NCBI GenBank assembly: GCA_041648665.1
Contig: JBAZOP010000003.1
Span: 69,082-133,081 of the forward strand
DNA: 64,000 nucleotides
Reading direction: 5' to 3'
Origin: a bacterium
GTDB lineage: Bacteria > UBA10199 > 2-02-FULL-44-16 > JAAZCA01
Shown: one piece after another, positions 9,195 to 18,311 of the stretch
Numbering within the stretch: position 1 is the first letter of the stretch
How the letters are laid out: the number at the start of each line of letters is the position of its first letter
Program-made: the position numbers and the translations under genes
Notes under the pieces: generated by a model
What the model was told of the DNA's origin: nothing
Seen by the model: the letters and a program-made list of their open reading frames with translations, nothing else
Databases searched by the model: none

Positions 9195-9568
9195 CGTTTT
9201 TCCTTCCTCCGCTCGCTCGGCTTGATGAACACGATCTTGATCTCACAGACGCGCTTGCCCCACCTCCCTATCTTCTCCACGCGGGCCATCACGTCGTAGC
9301 AGCCGTCGCCGAACCCGGAGGAGACGCAGACTCCCAGGCCCTCGTGCCCCATGTCGTACGAGAAGGACTTCATGGCCGGGCCACCGTGCATCCGCTCGAA
9401 GAGCCCGAGCTTGTTGCAGAAGTCTTCCCAGTCCTTGCCGATCGATTTCGGCTTGTCCTCGCCCTGGCGGTGCAACACGTAGCAGGGGTCGCCGATCCAC
9501 ACGAGCCCCGCATCCACACCGATCTCCCCGACCTTCACCCAGCTCGACTTTGTCCGTACCTTCTTCGT
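9191..9568 (-). CDS. hypothetical protein (~125 aa)
   Basis: Only the C-terminal 125 aa of track ORF 9191..11122 (from MKTTKKVRTK...) look protein-like; the upstream part is R-rich antisense. Confidence 0.55.
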   Translation of the reverse strand, partial: TKKVRTKSSWVKVGEIGVDAGLVWIGDPCYVLHRQGEDKPKSIGKDWEDFCNKLGLFERMHGGPAMKSFSYDMGHEGLGVCVSSGFGDGCYDVMARVEKIGRWGKRVCEIKIVFIKPSERRKEKR

Positions 9569-9573
9569 CGTCT

Positions 9574-10617
9574 TCATGTGTCTTCCTTCCCCAGCACGTG
9601 CTCTCGCACGTTGATCGGCGCATCTTCTGCCCCGCGCCAGTATGGCTCGATCTGGATTGCCTTGCGCAGCGCCCGGTTCACCCCATGCGGCTGCATCTTC
9701 CAGTGTCCGCGCACCAGCACCTGTACCTGCGGGATGCCAGCCTTGCGCTTGCCCTCCATGTATTGCCGGATGGCGGGTCGGCAGTCGATCTTGATCGGCT
9801 TGCCGACTTGGTACGTCGCGATTGTGGGAGGACCGTCCCGCAGCTTCGCAGACCTGTGCCCCGCGTCGATCTTGTTCTGCTTGGGAGGCCTGATGTTGGA
9901 CGGGTCGCTCATGGCGAGGCACGTTCCGCACACGAGCCTGCCCAACAGCGCCGCCGCCCGTTCGTCCACCTCCTCGAACGGGTGCACGAAGCTGCACTCG
10001 TCCCAGTGCGCGCTGTTTTCCTTCACGTCCAGCAGACACGTCACGTCGGGTCCGTACCTCCAGATGAGCACTGAGGAGTCGGAGAACGCCACCATGGCCC
10101 AGCCGTACGTCCGCTTGTCGCGCCAGCGAAGTGATGTGACGAGCACGTGGCGGATGTCGCTCAGCCGCCCGGTCGTGTCGTTCTTGATCTGGATGAGCCC
10201 CTCCGGGACAACGATGTCGAACGCGGGCCACGGCATCAGGATGTGCTCGCGCATCTCGTCGGTGACGCACGTTGCCATGAGCGCGGCGGCGTACTTGTGC
10301 CCCATGGTGACCTGTGGGAAGCCGCCTTGTGCCCAGCGGTGCGAGCCAATGAGGATGAGTTGGTCCCCTGGCTTTGCCGCCATGGTCGCGATGGCGAGCC
10401 CCTGCGCAGGATCGAAGTCCAGCTGGTGTTCGCTCAAGGCGTCCAGCAAGTCCTCGTCGGAGTTCATCGGCCCCACCGTGGAGAACACGACTTTGCCGAT
10501 GCCAGCCACCATCTCGCGGCTCATGCCTGTGTGGGGATCGACTCCCCAGACTCGCTGCGCAGCGTCCGCGGACTCGGCGAGCGCCTTCATCTGCGCCCAG
10601 TCTTCCGGCTGCATCAC
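9574..10617 (-). CDS. hypothetical protein (347 aa)
   Basis: Balanced composition; unrecognised. Confidence 0.6.
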   Translation of the reverse strand: MMQPEDWAQMKALAESADAAQRVWGVDPHTGMSREMVAGIGKVVFSTVGPMNSDEDLLDALSEHQLDFDPAQGLAIATMAAKPGDQLILIGSHRWAQGGFPQVTMGHKYAAALMATCVTDEMREHILMPWPAFDIVVPEGLIQIKNDTTGRLSDIRHVLVTSLRWRDKRTYGWAMVAFSDSSVLIWRYGPDVTCLLDVKENSAHWDECSFVHPFEEVDERAAALLGRLVCGTCLAMSDPSNIRPPKQNKIDAGHRSAKLRDGPPTIATYQVGKPIKIDCRPAIRQYMEGKRKAGIPQVQVLVRGHWKMQPHGVNRALRKAIQIEPYWRGAEDAPINVREHVLGKEDT

Positions 10618-11330
10618 GTGCCTCGCTTCTTCCTCTCCTGCTCCGCTTCCTCAGTCGTGCACCAACACCCGTAGTCCTCGCAGCTGACGAGCTGGCAGAG
10701 CGCGCCGTGGATTCTGTACAGGATCTCGGGCTCTCGGATGAGGTGGACGGCGAGCTTGACGGAGTAGCCGAACGTGTTGCCGCTGTGATCCGAAAGGTCG
10801 GCCAGCACCTTGCGCTGCTCGTCGTTCGAGGCGTCATTGAACGCTTTGACGGCCTCGACCGTCTTGCACGCTGCTGCGATCTTCGCTGCCGTCTCGCAGC
10901 AGAACATCTCGTAGGGCCCGAACTCTGGTCCCCACCCCGGCTTGTGCATGAAGAACAAGATGCGAAGGCGCATGTGAGTAGGCAGAGCTTCGACCCTGGC
11001 GTTCCACTCGGGGAGCTTGTCCGCGAACTCCTTCTCCTTCCTCGCCTTGCTCTCAGCGATCTCTCGCAGCCGCTCCACCTCGTACTCCTGCTGCGTCTGG
11101 TAGTAGTACACCCGGTCGCCACAGGCGACGCCTCGCACCGGATAGCCGAAGCCCTTGCCGTAGAAGCGAACCATCTCGCCCCTCTTCGGCAGCGGCAACT
11201 TCTCCGGATTGCTCACGCGCAGAAAGCCGCTGTCTTTCACGCGCAGCTCGAAATGGCCTGCGTCCTGCTGCGATGTGGACGCGCACTCCACGTCGTAGAA
11301 CTGCGTGTCGTCATCGGTCGGGTGTTTCAT
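10614..11330 (-). CDS. hypothetical protein (238 aa)
   Basis: ATGA overlap at 10614-10617. Confidence 0.6.
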   Translation of the reverse strand: MKHPTDDDTQFYDVECASTSQQDAGHFELRVKDSGFLRVSNPEKLPLPKRGEMVRFYGKGFGYPVRGVACGDRVYYYQTQQEYEVERLREIAESKARKEKEFADKLPEWNARVEALPTHMRLRILFFMHKPGWGPEFGPYEMFCCETAAKIAAACKTVEAVKAFNDASNDEQRKVLADLSDHSGNTFGYSVKLAVHLIREPEILYRIHGALCQLVSCEDYGCWCTTEEAEQERKKRGT

Positions 11331-11340
11331 GGACTTCCTT

Positions 11341-11595
11341 TCAGAGCTTCGCTTCCCAGGTCTTCAGCTCGGGCCAGTACGCCACGATGCCGCTCCCCAA
11401 GTTGTCGATGTGCGGGGTACCGAGCAGGAGCCCGTTCTCTCCCAGGCAGAGGCCCAGCCGGTACAGGTCACTCCAAGCCTTGAGCCTGACAGCTACGCAG
11501 CAGGCTCCGCGCATGCCCCGTCCTGAGTAGCCAACATCAGCTTCCCAGCCCAGCTCGTGGAGCTGAGCAACAACATCGGCGGGGACAACAAGCAT
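11341..11595 (-). CDS. hypothetical protein (84 aa)
   Basis: ORF track entry; protein-like translation. Confidence 0.45.
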   Translation of the reverse strand: MLVVPADVVAQLHELGWEADVGYSGRGMRGACCVAVRLKAWSDLYRLGLCLGENGLLLGTPHIDNLGSGIVAYWPELKTWEAKL

Positions 11596-11657
11596 GGGCT
11601 TCTCCTACCGTCAAAACCCCGCTCCCATGAGCGAGGTGAGGACGGGGCAGCGTGATG

Positions 11658-11933
11658 TCATTCGTCGGTCAAGAAACCGTCGATCGCTTCGGCTAACGCC
11701 ATCATCTCGGCGCGATTCAGAGATGCCGTCGCGATCATGAACACCGCTCCATCCTGTCCGTTGGATTTTGTGAGCGGGCTCCTGATCTGCAAGTTCCATG
11801 CTGCGCCGTGCTGGGTCGAGTACAGCCGGATTGCCTTCTCTCGTTGCGCATCGCGGTTCGACGCCACTTCCGCATAATTGATCGGTCGGTAGAACTCGTC
11901 CTGCGTTCCTATCTTTCTCATTTCGCGCTCCAA
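11658..11933 (-). CDS. hypothetical protein (91 aa)
   Basis: ORF track entry; protein-like translation. Confidence 0.5.
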   Translation of the reverse strand: MEREMRKIGTQDEFYRPINYAEVASNRDAQREKAIRLYSTQHGAAWNLQIRSPLTKSNGQDGAVFMIATASLNRAEMMALAEAIDGFLTDE

Positions 11934-11960
11934 TGCCTCGCCGTGGGCAAAGCTGGTGTC

Positions 11961-12713
11961 TCAGTCCCTCGTCTCCTCCGCAGAGTGCGTCATCGCCCTT
12001 CGCGCAACGATGACTCGCTCACCGTGCCCAGGCAGACGAATCGGCGGGTGCGTGGCGTGCTCAATGGCCCCTGGCCCCAGGCGCACGACATGCCCCGAAG
12101 GCAAGTTCGGCATCTTCGGCCCAAGGCCTCGAATGACCGCGATGTCACCCTGGCGTCGCACGATCTGGTTGGAGCACGACCGCCAGATCCAGTCGATGGC
12201 AGAGCGTACAGAGGCGAGCCCGGACGGTACCGCATGGGCGAAGAACGTCCCGCTCTCGTTGCGGCCCACCACGAACCGACTGCTCGTCTCCTTCGGGTAC
12301 CACTTGGAGGACTTGGCGTAGACCCGCTTGCGCGTGACCTCGATGAGAGCGAGCCCCGCGTGGCCTGAGTCGCAGTACGGCACCTGAGCCGCCAGCCCCG
12401 GGCCCACATAGTCGACCACGTTCGTGCTGCGGTAGTCGCCCCGTGTCGAACCATGCTCGTCGAAGTACAGCTGAGCCATGCGGGCGAGCCCGCGCCCCTG
12501 CCGCTGCATCTTCTGCGCCTCCCATCCGGACGCAGTCGGCGCGTACGGTTCGGCGAGGCCCAGCAGAGCCACGATGGCAACGTGCCGGGCGTTGACGAAC
12601 ATGCGTTTGGAAGGAGCCCCGCGCTTGCCAGCGATGGCTCGCTCCGCGGCCTTCTCCAGCTGGTCAAGCTGCGTCGTCTTGTCGTAGCTTCGGATGGCCT
12701 GTTTGAGGCTCAC
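11961..12713 (-). CDS. hypothetical protein (~250 aa)
   Basis: Track ORF 11961..13343 trimmed to a GTG at 12711-12713 that overlaps the ParB stop (GTGA). Confidence 0.5.
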   Translation of the reverse strand: MSLKQAIRSYDKTTQLDQLEKAAERAIAGKRGAPSKRMFVNARHVAIVALLGLAEPYAPTASGWEAQKMQRQGRGLARMAQLYFDEHGSTRGDYRSTNVVDYVGPGLAAQVPYCDSGHAGLALIEVTRKRVYAKSSKWYPKETSSRFVVGRNESGTFFAHAVPSGLASVRSAIDWIWRSCSNQIVRRQGDIAVIRGLGPKMPNLPSGHVVRLGPGAIEHATHPPIRLPGHGERVIVARRAMTHSAEETRD

Positions 12714-13594
12714 TTGCCGCTCTCCGTATCGATGCAGGCGTCCAGGGCCTTGTCGTCTCCGAACATCCATCGCATGGCCGCGAGGACTCCCTTGCCCATG
12801 GGCGAAAGGGTCTTCTCGCGCGCCGCCAGCGCTTCCATCTGCGGGGCCACTGCCTTGGCAGGGCGCAGCCGGAACTTGGGAGCCTTGCGCTTGCGCCCGC
12901 GGCCTCCCCTGGCTTCCTTCGCTTCCTTCGCCGCCTTGGGCGACCTCACGCTCAGGAGCCCCGCCGCCTCGAACTCCAGGATCTTGGCGTCCTGCTCGGC
13001 CTCGGGCAGCGTGGACAGGTCTCGGGCCACGCTCACGGCTAGCCGTTCCTGCTCCAGGAGCTTCTGCACGACGGCGCTGCACGACAGCAGCATCAGGGCG
13101 CTGCGCATGCCCCTGGCGTCGAAACCGAACCGAATCCTGGCCTGCTTCTCGTCGTGCCCCGCGTCGAGGTACCGGCGCAGCTTGAGCGCTTCGACCATGG
13201 GCGTGTCGTCCGTTCGGATTGAGTTGCGGGTGATCATGTAGCCCATGCTCTCCTCGCCGTTCGCGCGGCGGGAGGTGGCGGGCACCAGCCAGTGTTTGTC
13301 GCTGCCAGCTTCCTTCAGGCGACGGTTGGCCTCGATGCAGCACCGCACCCTCTGCCGTCCGTCGATGACCTCGACGATGGGGTTGCCGTGCTTGTCCTCG
13401 CCGTTCTTCCGGACCATGACCGGATCGAGCACGCCGTCTGCCATGATGGACAACACCAGCGATTCGTCCAGCGGGAGGTGAACCCGCTCGTCGTACAGCG
13501 GGTGACTCTTGTCCGTGACAATCGTCAGCGCCTCGGGTTCGTAGTTGTATCCGTTCAGGCGCGCTACCGCGCCGAACTCTTCCGCTCTGCTCAT
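12710..13594 (-). CDS. ParB-like nuclease (ParB/Srx) domain protein
   Basis: N-terminal ParB-like domain (LTIVTDKSHPLYDERVH...IEVIDGRQRVRCCIEA) with a basic C-terminal tail. Confidence 0.8.
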   Translation of the reverse strand: MSRAEEFGAVARLNGYNYEPEALTIVTDKSHPLYDERVHLPLDESLVLSIMADGVLDPVMVRKNGEDKHGNPIVEVIDGRQRVRCCIEANRRLKEAGSDKHWLVPATSRRANGEESMGYMITRNSIRTDDTPMVEALKLRRYLDAGHDEKQARIRFGFDARGMRSALMLLSCSAVVQKLLEQERLAVSVARDLSTLPEAEQDAKILEFEAAGLLSVRSPKAAKEAKEARGGRGRKRKAPKFRLRPAKAVAPQMEALAAREKTLSPMGKGVLAAMRWMFGDDKALDACIDTESGK

Positions 13595-13626
13595 CTGCTT
13601 GCCCCTGTCTGCCGCCTATGGCGGCA

Positions 13627-14334
13627 CTACGATGTCAATGCCTTGGCGCTGCCGCCTGTGAGCCCGGGTCTGCCCAGGTTCAGACTGCGGCCTGCCTCCA
13701 GGCCACGGTTGTAGGCGCAGGCGTCGCTGATCGACGACCGGACCGCCACGGTCTTCGTCCCGTTGGTAAGCGCCTCCCGAAACGCTTGCGCCTCGCCCTG
13801 CCGCTTGTCGATCACGGCCAGCGCGCTGGTAGATGCCGTTGCCCGGACTTCCTGCTTCGCCGCTTCGAGCTTCTCGCGGATGCCCGCGACGGCCCCCAGG
13901 TACCAGGAGGCGAAGGCGCTGCGCCCCATGCCCCGGCACTGCGCCTCCGCGAGCCTGCCCAGCTCATTCAGAGCATAGGCCAGCAGGTACTTGACCGACT
14001 CCACGTCGGACTTGCGCCCAACGAACTGGTAGGTGGTCACGCGCGTGTAGCGAGGCCGTGAAAACCACATCGAACAGCCGTTCGCTTTGACCAGGGCGAG
14101 CATCAGCCGCACCTTCCAGGTCGCCACGCGGCTGCCCTCCATCAGGACTTCCCCCGCCTCGACCATGGGCTCGGACGGCTCCTGCCCGCTGGCCTCCAGC
14201 TCAGCCACGCTCAGCCGGTGCTCGTCAATGAGCCGCTGGGCCGCGCCCATAGCTGCCGCGGCTTCGTTCTCGTTGCTGCTCTGCGCGAGCCGCAGGAGCT
14301 TGCGAACCTTGTCCAGGACGGGAGATAGATCCAT
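13627..14334 (-). CDS. DUF2786-family protein
   Basis: N-terminal LDKVRKLLRLAQSSNENEAAAAMGAAQRLIDEH matches the DUF2786 signature common in phages. Confidence 0.7.
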   Translation of the reverse strand: MDLSPVLDKVRKLLRLAQSSNENEAAAAMGAAQRLIDEHRLSVAELEASGQEPSEPMVEAGEVLMEGSRVATWKVRLMLALVKANGCSMWFSRPRYTRVTTYQFVGRKSDVESVKYLLAYALNELGRLAEAQCRGMGRSAFASWYLGAVAGIREKLEAAKQEVRATASTSALAVIDKRQGEAQAFREALTNGTKTVAVRSSISDACAYNRGLEAGRSLNLGRPGLTGGSAKALTS

Positions 14335-14338
14335 CGGG

Positions 14339-14590
14339 TTACGCCGCCTTTTTCTGCTCGGGGACGATCTCCCAGTATTGGAATCCGCCGCACTTGGTGC
14401 AGCAGCACGTCACGTCCTGCTTCTCGGTCCCCATCACGACAAGCTCGCCGCCGCACTTGCAGGCTGCCAGCACGCCCCCTGAGCGAGCCCGCGAGGCCCG
14501 TTCGACGGTGTTCTCCGACGTGGCCTTGCCCTTGCCCCACACGGGCTTGTCCTTGGCATCATCCCACCGACCGATCCGTCTGTACTTCAT
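14339..14590 (-). CDS. zinc-ribbon protein (~83 aa)
   Basis: Trimmed to MKYRRIGRWDD...; CKCGG...CCCTKCGG cluster. RBS ggAAGGAGCAAGcagATG lies downstream of a near-consensus promoter. Confidence 0.5.
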   Translation of the reverse strand: MKYRRIGRWDDAKDKPVWGKGKATSENTVERASRARSGGVLAACKCGGELVVMGTEKQDVTCCCTKCGGFQYWEIVPEQKKAA

Positions 14591-14610
14591 CTGCTTGCTC
14601 CTTCCGCTGT

Positions 14611-14641
14611 CTGACCATAACCACCACGCTGGCGGTGTCAA
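14611..14641 (-). promoter_or_regulatory. sigma70-like promoter TTGACA-N16-TATGGT
   Basis: Minus strand reads TTGACAccgccagcgtggtggTTATGGTcagac, followed by an AGGAGCAAG RBS and the ATG at 14590. Confidence 0.55.
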
Positions 14642-15114
14642 CGACTTTTACGCGATCGTATACTCCCCAACAAGTACGGCACGATACCGCTCTCGCATGA
14701 AAGCAGCTCTTCGGCGCGCTCCGTCAGCCCGGCCTTGTCCCGCACGTCCACCCAACAGCGCTCGGTGTAGTTCCAGGGCGACCACACGCCGATGACCGCG
14801 CCGCCGCAGGCGTTCGCCTCCAACCTGAAGGTCACGCCGTCCGTGGTCCCCTCGTGCGCCAACGACTCGGCCAGCTCAACGTTGAGGTCGATGTCCGTGT
14901 CGTCCACGGGCTCGCCCGTCTTCGATGCGAGCCGAATGACGGTGCCCCACTTGTAGTCGTCGCAGGACATGTCCTCCGGGGCGTCCACCGTCAGCCCCTT
15001 GTCCCGCAGCCCCGTCGCGAGCCGTTCCAGGAACGCCAGTATCTTGGGGCCGTAGCTCTTGGCGATCCGCTCGGTCGCCTTGGAGTACTTCTCCTCAGTC
15101 ATGGGGCGTGTCAT
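14638..15114 (-). CDS. hypothetical protein (~158 aa)
   Basis: Start trimmed to MTRPMTEEKYS, which is preceded by GGAGG. Confidence 0.55.
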   Translation of the reverse strand: MTRPMTEEKYSKATERIAKSYGPKILAFLERLATGLRDKGLTVDAPEDMSCDDYKWGTVIRLASKTGEPVDDTDIDLNVELAESLAHEGTTDGVTFRLEANACGGAVIGVWSPWNYTERCWVDVRDKAGLTERAEELLSCESGIVPYLLGSIRSRKSR

Positions 15115-15407
15115 TCGCCCAGCCTCCACACCTCGTGTGCACCAGCCATCAGCAGAGCCCGGTGGACGCAGGCATAGGACCAGTCTGCCAGTGCTGACGC
15201 GCTCCACACGGGGCACCGCTGACAAACGACGTTGGTGTCACGAAGGTGGCGGTAGATGTCCCCGATCGCCATCCCTGGTGCCACAGAAAGCAGCGACCGG
15301 ACGGCTTTCGTCAGCGCTACCCGTTCCTCCTCGGGCAGCCCCTTCGGCCAGCCGTGTCCGTCGCGCTCCACGTCCGTCAGGTACTTTTCCACATAGGTGA
15401 GATTCAT
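15111..15407 (-). CDS. hypothetical protein (98 aa)
   Basis: ATGA overlap at 15111-15114. Confidence 0.5.
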   Translation of the reverse strand: MNLTYVEKYLTDVERDGHGWPKGLPEEERVALTKAVRSLLSVAPGMAIGDIYRHLRDTNVVCQRCPVWSASALADWSYACVHRALLMAGAHEVWRLGE

Positions 15408-15438
15408 CGGCTTGCTCCTGCCATACGTGTATGGCGAC

Positions 15439-15798
15439 TCAATCCTCCCAGATCAGGGTGCCGCCCCGCGGGAGCTTCTGTGGCAACTGCTCGACGGGCA
15501 GACCAAACGCCTCCGCAATCTTGGGCAACCAGGACTTCCACTTCTCATGGCCGATCCTTCCCTCGCCAGCGTCACCATAGCGGCTCAGGTGGTCCTGCTC
15601 GCGGGAGTCTTTCGAGCCCAGCATCCAACATGGCCCGTAGTAGGACTGGCACCCGACACCACTCCAGCCGACATGCCCGCGCGTCTTGCAGACACAAACC
15701 TTGCCCCTGCGCAGCACCACGTCCCGCTCGGTTCCGTAGTCGGTCCCCAGCGAATGCCTCGAAAGCGTTTCCCTACTGGCTCGCTTCACCCACGGCAT
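15439..15798 (-). CDS. hypothetical protein (119 aa)
   Basis: ORF track entry. Confidence 0.5.
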   Translation of the reverse strand: MPWVKRASRETLSRHSLGTDYGTERDVVLRRGKVCVCKTRGHVGWSGVGCQSYYGPCWMLGSKDSREQDHLSRYGDAGEGRIGHEKWKSWLPKIAEAFGLPVEQLPQKLPRGGTLIWED

Positions 15799-15800
15799 GG

Positions 15801-16193
15801 CTACTCGGCCTCCACCAGCTTGTAGAGCTTCTCTCCGACCTTCACGCGCACCTCGAACGAATCGGGGAACCTACGCGCAAGCTCCAGCGCACCCTCGGCA
15901 GTCTCGAACGTGCAGGTGGGCTTGTTGTCATACCGCTCCTGAAGCAGCGGCACCCTGGCACGAAGCGCTGTACTGTCCGGGCTCAGGGTATCCAGCAGGA
16001 GCACCGTCTTCTCCCTCATGTCCAGCCACAGCGTCCCGTCCTCGCAGCGTGGAGGGATCCCTCCGCTATCATCTCCGATGGCGAAGCGCCCGCTCGGCAC
16101 GTGCAGCCACAGCTTGTGGCCTCGCGCACAGAGCCTTCCCATGTACCGCCACGACACGTGCCTCTCCGGTCCAACCGCGGTTGTCGTTGCCAT
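15801..16193 (-). CDS. hypothetical protein (~131 aa)
   Basis: Trimmed to MATTTAVGPERH...; 1-nt stop/start overlap (TGATG) with the upstream gene. Confidence 0.5.
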   Translation of the reverse strand: MATTTAVGPERHVSWRYMGRLCARGHKLWLHVPSGRFAIGDDSGGIPPRCEDGTLWLDMREKTVLLLDTLSPDSTALRARVPLLQERYDNKPTCTFETAEGALELARRFPDSFEVRVKVGEKLYKLVEAE

Positions 16194-16615
16194 CACACCA
16201 TCTCCTCGAATCCGCTCGCTGACATCTCGTCCGCAAGCTCGCCCTCGAACGTCTTGCCGCAGGTGCACGTCACCGTGTAGCTGGCGTGGACTCCGTAGTA
16301 CGTCGTGCGGTAGCGCATCGGAGTCGTCGGCTTCAGCCCCCGCGAGTCCTCGGTGGACTCGTACTCGCCTTCGATGGACAGCTCGTGCTCGCCCTCCGGA
16401 GCATCCTTGTGCTCCTCCATGTGCTCACGCACGGCGTCATCCTGGCCCTCCAGCTCGAACTCTGCCGACTTGAGTCCCTGACTGCACTCGCCGCAGCGCT
16501 TCTCCAGCGTCACCTGGATGTTGATGTTGCCCTCGTCGTCCACTTCGCAGGACTGCTCTTCGGGCTCTTCGTCACCCTCGTACGATACGAACTTGTTGCA
16601 ATCAGGACACCGCAT
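16193..16615 (-). CDS. acidic zinc-ribbon protein (140 aa)
   Basis: CPDCNK...CGEC and CTCGK motifs; E/D-rich. Confidence 0.55.
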   Translation of the reverse strand: MRCPDCNKFVSYEGDEEPEEQSCEVDDEGNINIQVTLEKRCGECSQGLKSAEFELEGQDDAVREHMEEHKDAPEGEHELSIEGEYESTEDSRGLKPTTPMRYRTTYYGVHASYTVTCTCGKTFEGELADEMSASGFEEMV

Positions 16616-16635
16616 CGCTTGCTCCCTTCAACGAA

Positions 16636-16669
16636 CCTGACATAACCATCGCACCGGGCGGCGCAAGGG
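16636..16669 (-). promoter_or_regulatory. promoter-like direct repeat copy A (TTGCGC-N16-TATGTC, ATGGTTA core)
   Basis: The 34-bp cctgacataaccatcgcaccgggcggcgcaaggg is identical to the copy at ~17166-17199; an RBS gaagggagcaa and the ATG follow ~20 nt downstream. Confidence 0.5.
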
Positions 16670-17146
16670 CTAGTCGTCGGAATCATCCTGGCCGGGCTTC
16701 CAGGTGCCGCTTGCGCCGGTCGCGTGCACCATCTCCAGGAAGCGCTGTGCTGCCTCGGGAGAGATACGCAGCCAGCCGCCATCCCTGTAGCTGTCCGCGT
16801 ACGCCTCGAACCCACGATCGCGCAGCCCGTCACGCAGCCCGTCTACGCGCCGCTTGAGTGCCTCGTACTCGGCTTGCTCCTTGGCGTCCTCTGCCCGCTC
16901 CTCTTGCGGGTAGAACCGGACCTCGCCCCTGCGCCCCAGAGCAACCTCCCCAGCCGCAGCGAGTCGCTTGATCGAGCCGCGCACCTGGGCAAGGCTCAGG
17001 GCTGTAGAGTGTGTCAGCCACCGGGCGCTAGTGCGCCCCAGCCTGCCGCCTTGGGGGCACTTCGCCTTGTCCTCTTCGTACTCCTTGACCAGCGAGCGCA
17101 GCACAGCTGCGTCCACTTGCTTCAACCACTCTTTGGTCTTCGCCAT
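16670..17146 (-). CDS. putative winged-helix DNA-binding protein (~159 aa)
   Basis: Trimmed to MAKTKEWLKQ...; LTHSTALSLAQVRGSIKRLAAAGEV resembles a wHTH. The gene is flanked on both sides by the 34-bp promoter repeat. Confidence 0.5.
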   Translation of the reverse strand: MAKTKEWLKQVDAAVLRSLVKEYEEDKAKCPQGGRLGRTSARWLTHSTALSLAQVRGSIKRLAAAGEVALGRRGEVRFYPQEERAEDAKEQAEYEALKRRVDGLRDGLRDRGFEAYADSYRDGGWLRISPEAAQRFLEMVHATGASGTWKPGQDDSDD

Positions 17147-17165
17147 AGCTTGCTCCTTCGACCAG

Positions 17166-17199
17166 CCTGACATAACCATCGCACCGGGCGGCGCAAGGG
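17166..17199 (-). promoter_or_regulatory. promoter-like direct repeat copy B
   Basis: Identical 34-mer, located ~20 nt upstream of the ATG at 17146. Confidence 0.5.
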
Positions 17200-17200
17200 G

Positions 17201-17506
17201 CTACGTCGTCAAACCCAAACGCTTCGCCGCGTCGTCGAGCGACTCGATCGTGAGGTTGCTGGGCAGCGCCGAATAGATGTTCCACCCGTTGCGGTTGCCC
17301 CGGACCGTGATGATCGCGACGTGGCCTGTGCTGAACTGCCACGCCTCGACGTAGGCGGAAGGCGACTCGGGATCGCCCATCGGCAGTTGCCACTGGCAGC
17401 GCGCATCGTGGTCGTCAAGCCACCGTTGCAGCTCCGGGTAGTTGCTTACCCACGGCTTGTCGCTGTTGTCCTTGTCTCTGGTTGTTCTGGATCTCGGTCG
17501 TGACAT
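17201..17506 (-). CDS. hypothetical protein (101 aa)
   Basis: SD GAGGAGG precedes the ATG. Confidence 0.5.
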   Translation of the reverse strand: MSRPRSRTTRDKDNSDKPWVSNYPELQRWLDDHDARCQWQLPMGDPESPSAYVEAWQFSTGHVAIITVRGNRNGWNIYSALPSNLTIESLDDAAKRLGLTT

Positions 17507-17515
17507 GTTGCCTCC

Positions 17516-17785
17516 TCATCCGCAGTGCGACAGCTCGCACCACTCGTTTGGGTTCTCGGGCACCGCGTCGCCGCAGGCCTTCAAGAACGCCTCGATCTGT
17601 CCCTGCTCTTGCACCGTGTACGTGTACCACCAGCCAGGACAGCCCAGCCAGAGCCACTCGCCACGGTGCTCCGTCATGATGTCTGCCGGTTGCTGCCCAG
17701 GCCGCATCGCGTAGGGAATACCCCACAGCGAAAGTGTGTCCGCTTGCCTGAACAGCACCCGGATTCTCGCTAGCTTCTCTAGCAT
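17516..17785 (-). CDS. hypothetical protein (~90 aa)
   Basis: Trimmed to MLEKLARIRV... with SD GGAGGG; a degenerate SAS lies just upstream (~17808-17826). Confidence 0.5.
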   Translation of the reverse strand: MLEKLARIRVLFRQADTLSLWGIPYAMRPGQQPADIMTEHRGEWLWLGCPGWWYTYTVQEQGQIEAFLKACGDAVPENPNEWCELSHCG

Positions 17786-17832
17786 CTTACCCTCCTGTGT
17801 CGCGGGGATGACATTGCTCCTGCTCCCAGTGT

Positions 17833-18249
17833 TCACAGCAGCGCGGGGATAGTTCCTGCCTTCGCTGCTGCGAGAACCGTGTCGATCACTTGCTGCGCCC
17901 ATCCGCCCGGGTAGCCGCGCATGACTTTGATGACGGGCTCGCTGTGGATGAAACGCCAGCCGTCCCAATCGGGCGACCAGAACTTGTCCCATCCGACCTT
18001 GACGTTGAAAGCATGGACCGGCGACCACCCCTCACGGGCGGCGTTGAGAATCGCGGTGCCCAGGTTCAGGTAGAACCCGAATGAGCCACCGTAGTCGCCG
18101 CACTGGAGCGTGACGCGCCAGCATGCGATCGGCACCTCCGCCTCGGGCGGGTAGTTTTTCAGCAGCGTGTCAAAATCCTGCCTTGTGAGGCGCGGCAGCT
18201 TCGGCACCTCGTCCAGCCTCTTGAACTTCTTACTGTCCACTCGAATCAT
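17833..18249 (-). CDS. hypothetical protein (~138 aa)
   Basis: Track ORF 17833..18645 trimmed to MIRVDSKKF... immediately after an SAS. The track's upstream residues (...RCGNHPATSRSKS) are the translated SAS/hairpin. Confidence 0.55.
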   Translation of the reverse strand: MIRVDSKKFKRLDEVPKLPRLTRQDFDTLLKNYPPEAEVPIACWRVTLQCGDYGGSFGFYLNLGTAILNAAREGWSPVHAFNVKVGWDKFWSPDWDGWRFIHSEPVIKVMRGYPGGWAQQVIDTVLAAAKAGTIPALL

Positions 18250-18311
18250 TGACTTGCTCCTGCTTGTGGCGGGATGATTCCCGCAACGGTGCCGCCGGGT
18301 GGCGGCTGTGC
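18250..18311 (-). repeat. intercistronic SAS + two-hairpin element #1
   Basis: Plus strand reads cattgacttgctcctgcttg, then hairpin gcgggatgattcccgc and hairpin gccgccgggtggcggc. Confidence 0.8.

Noticed and set aside
9191-11122. 643-aa minus ORF in the track
   Set aside because: Only the last ~125 codons are protein-like. The remainder is an R/S/T-rich read-through antisense to genes 9574..10617 and 10614..11330. The same pattern was trimmed in 11961..13343, 5858..8053, 17833..18645, 20197..21312, 21141..21953, 37748..38731, 47534..48760, 48944..49723, 56243..57904 and 61164..62102.
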